A DNA stretch of 64,000 nucleotides from Rhodopila sp. (lineage in GTDB: Bacteria > Pseudomonadota > Alphaproteobacteria > Acetobacterales > Acetobacteraceae). The stretch covers positions 481,306 through 545,305 of the forward strand of contig NZ_CBDIBS010000004.1 in NCBI RefSeq assembly GCF_965276935.1, written 5' to 3'. Below, piece by piece: positions 61,945 to 64,000 of this stretch (positions within the stretch are counted from its first letter, which is position 1; each line of letters begins with the position of its first letter). Below the pieces are notes generated by a model. It was not told the DNA's origin. It made no database searches and saw only the letters and a program-made list of their open reading frames with translations. The position numbers and the translations under genes were made by a program.

Positions 61945-62098
61945 GATACTGCCGGCCCTTGATGTTGGCCGACAGGGGTCAACGGCCGTCGGTATCTAAT
62001 TTCCTTCGCGCGCGACCCCTCCCGCGCGTGCTTGGTCGCCCCACCAACCCCGCACGCATACCAGTCAGGCCCTTCGGGGCCTCTTGGGCCGCTGGTAT
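61945..62098. ncRNA. Candidate structured non-coding RNA/IS end (multi-hairpin)
   Basis: GATAC/GTATC stem enclosing GTTGGCC/GGTCAAC, GCGTGC-TTGGT/ACCAA-GCACGC hairpin, and ATACCAG/CTGGTAT stem enclosing AGGCCC-TTCG-GGGCCT. Confidence 0.45.
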
Positions 62099-62257
62099 AA
62101 CTTGGATGTGAGAGTCCGCACGCGGCCTGATCCGGACATCGCGGCTTCTGAACAGGCTCCGGTTCACTGGATTCCCAACCTGGTTGTCCGCTCCATGCGG
62201 TTTCCATCCGCGCATCGATAGCCTAATCTTACAGTCTCTTTTATGCAGGAGGATGTC

Positions 62258-62584
62258 GTGGGTCTCAATCGAATCGGTGTGTATGCTGCGCTGGCGGGTC
62301 TGTTGGCGCTTCCGGCGTTGGCGCAGACCACGCAGACTTCGGTCCCAACACCGCCCGCCGCGGCCACCACGACCGCAAAGCCCGCACCAGGCGCATCGCT
62401 GGTTGATATCAACACCGCATCGGCGGATGATCTCGACACGCTGCCTGGCATTGGCAAGCCCCGTGCCAGCGCGATTATCAAGGGACGCCCATACAAGGGC
62501 AAGGATGACCTGTTGAAGCGAAAGATCCTGCCGGCGAATGTCTATAACGGCATCAAGGACAAGATTATCGCAAAGCAGGGCTGA
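62258..62584 (+). CDS. Secreted ComEA-like helix-hairpin-helix DNA-binding protein
   Basis: RBS AGGAGG before GTG 62258, signal peptide, Pro/Thr linker, then [27 protein letters not shown]. Confidence 0.85.
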   Translation: MGLNRIGVYAALAGLLALPALAQTTQTSVPTPPAAATTTAKPAPGASLVDINTASADDLDTLPGIGKPRASAIIKGRPYKGKDDLLKRKILPANVYNGIKDKIIAKQG

Positions 62585-62734
62585 TTGCGGACTGCACAGA
62601 TACGACCGCCCGCGAGATGCTACGTCTGAGGTACTGCCGATGTGCAAGGTGATCGGATCACTCTCGTTCATCTTGCAAGAACCCTCACGCTTTCCGGGCG
62701 TTTCGTCCTTCGGCTTAAGCAGGAGATAACGCTT

Positions 62735-63091
62735 ATGACACTCAGACGCTTTGCCGTGGCCACCGCTCTGGCTATGATGCTGGCGCTCCCTGCGGCGGCG
62801 CAGACGATGCAGCTAAACCCGACAACGCCTGGTGATCCGTCGATCGGCGCGAATCCGCCCCCACCGATGTCCTCCCAGGCAAGCACGAAGGCTCGCCGGT
62901 CGAGTCCGGTGGATATCAACTCGGCATCCCCGGCAATGCTGGACGCGCTGCCAGGGATTAGTCAGGCCCGAGCCGACGCGATCGTCAAGAGTCGGCCGTT
63001 CAAGAGCAAGGACGAGCTGGTCAGCCGACATATCATCCCGCAAAACGTGTACAACAGACTTAAGGATAAAATCGTCGCGCGGCAGGGATAG
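62735..63091 (+). CDS. Secreted ComEA-like helix-hairpin-helix DNA-binding protein (second paralog)
   Basis: RBS AGGAGA before ATG 62735, signal peptide, then VDINSASPAMLDALPGIS.ARADAIV..RPF. Confidence 0.85.
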   Translation: MTLRRFAVATALAMMLALPAAAQTMQLNPTTPGDPSIGANPPPPMSSQASTKARRSSPVDINSASPAMLDALPGISQARADAIVKSRPFKSKDELVSRHIIPQNVYNRLKDKIVARQG

Positions 63092-63282
63092 CAAGGAGCG
63101 GCAGGCCAGGTTGCCGTTCTATCGCCGGAAGAGGCATCGGAGACTCGGTGTGGTTACTGTGTATCGTTCCTCCACGGCATCAGGATGACGGAGCCCTAAT
63201 CACTGGCTGACGACCAAACGCTGTTGCTGAAGCGTCCGCATCCTCCGCAAGAGTCTGGGACGGCCCAACCAGTCGAGATCGG

Positions 63283-64000
63283 TCAGGTCCAGGTGTCCCC
63301 GGTCCACCCAACCTCGTCATACTCCGCCATGCATTGATCCACCAGCGCCTCCATTTTCGCCATATCGCCGCCCTTCTCCGCCCCGGTTAGCGTCTGCGCA
63401 CGAATATCCTCCCATCCACCGGCGTAGTTGCGTTCGTACAGCTCGTGCCGGCCGCCGAATTCGGTGCCGACGCATTCCCACAGCAGTTTCATGATCTTGA
63501 TGCGGTCCTGGTAGCCGATCCCGTGCGATCCCCGCACATACTGCCGAAGATACGGCTCAATCGCCGGATTGGCGAAGTCCTTGACCGAGGACGGCAGGTA
63601 GATCAGCCCGGAGGTCACCGTCCGCTGGATGATGTCCTTGATCCGCGGATAGGCATCCGGCGCGAAAACCCGATACGCCTGTCCCGCCTTCAGATCCGGC
63701 AACACCGCATCGCCGTTCCAGGGGCTGGGATTGTGCGCCATGGCGTTGGACAGTGACCAGAACAGGTTGCGCCAAGCTACCGCCTCCCCCAGCAGCACCT
63801 GGTTGCCGCGTGCCTCATCACCGCCCGTGCAACGCAACGCCTTCGCCAGCAGGCCGACGATGAAATCCAGCTTCACCGCGAACCGCGTGCAGCCCTGGAA
63901 CTGGAAGCCATTGGTAAAGCCCGACCGAGGATAGAAACTGAGAACCCGCGCCGGGTCGCGATAGATAAAAATGTCCTCCCACGGAATGAACACCTTGTCC
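63283..64000 (-). CDS. 4-hydroxyphenylacetate 3-hydroxylase (HpaB)-family oxygenase, C-terminal part (5' end outside window)
   Basis: DKVFIPWEDIF, GCTRFAVKLDF, SGLIYLPSS and GGRHELYERNYAG. Confidence 0.85.
   Translation of the reverse strand, partial: DKVFIPWEDIFIYRDPARVLSFYPRSGFTNGFQFQGCTRFAVKLDFIVGLLAKALRCTGGDEARGNQVLLGEAVAWRNLFWSLSNAMAHNPSPWNGDAVLPDLKAGQAYRVFAPDAYPRIKDIIQRTVTSGLIYLPSSVKDFANPAIEPYLRQYVRGSHGIGYQDRIKIMKLLWECVGTEFGGRHELYERNYAGGWEDIRAQTLTGAEKGGDMAKMEALVDQCMAEYDEVGWTGDTWT

Overview
Alphaproteobacterial chromosome window, probably Acetobacteraceae (inferred from gene content and order), in three blocks. (1) 1-17.6 kb holds housekeeping genes: mutS (5' partial), glnD, an M23 peptidase, a hemY-like/COG4223/hemD cluster, tsaD, rlmJ, murJ, trpS, an LpoA-like lipoprotein, rsmI, queG, queF and tgt. 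(2) 17.9-42.5 kb is a co-oriented, structure-only phage-like operon: large terminase, portal, scaffold, major capsid, neck, contractile sheath and tube, tail chaperone with a clear -1 frameshift signal, P2/Mu-type baseplate and three fibre/adhesin genes. I see no integrase, repressor, replication, small terminase, protease or lysis gene. It has one sigma70-like promoter and host-like composition, and all structural frames are open although a decayed nested IS5 pair sits in the middle. The best candidate novelty is a domesticated, contractile-tailed gene-transfer-agent (GTA)-like system. (3) 43.7-64 kb is visibly more GC-rich and begins at an IS1380 remnant. It carries a branched-chain-type ABC transporter, cbbR with a minimal red-type Calvin operon (cbbF-P-L-S-X-E), a HAD hydrolase, an MFS exporter, a NitT/TauT-type ABC pair, a methyltransferase preceded by a multi-hairpin non-coding region (possible IS110/bridge-RNA-like end), two tandem ComEA-like proteins and a partial HpaB-family gene. 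All family calls rest on motif recognition without database searches, and GC statements are by-eye estimates.
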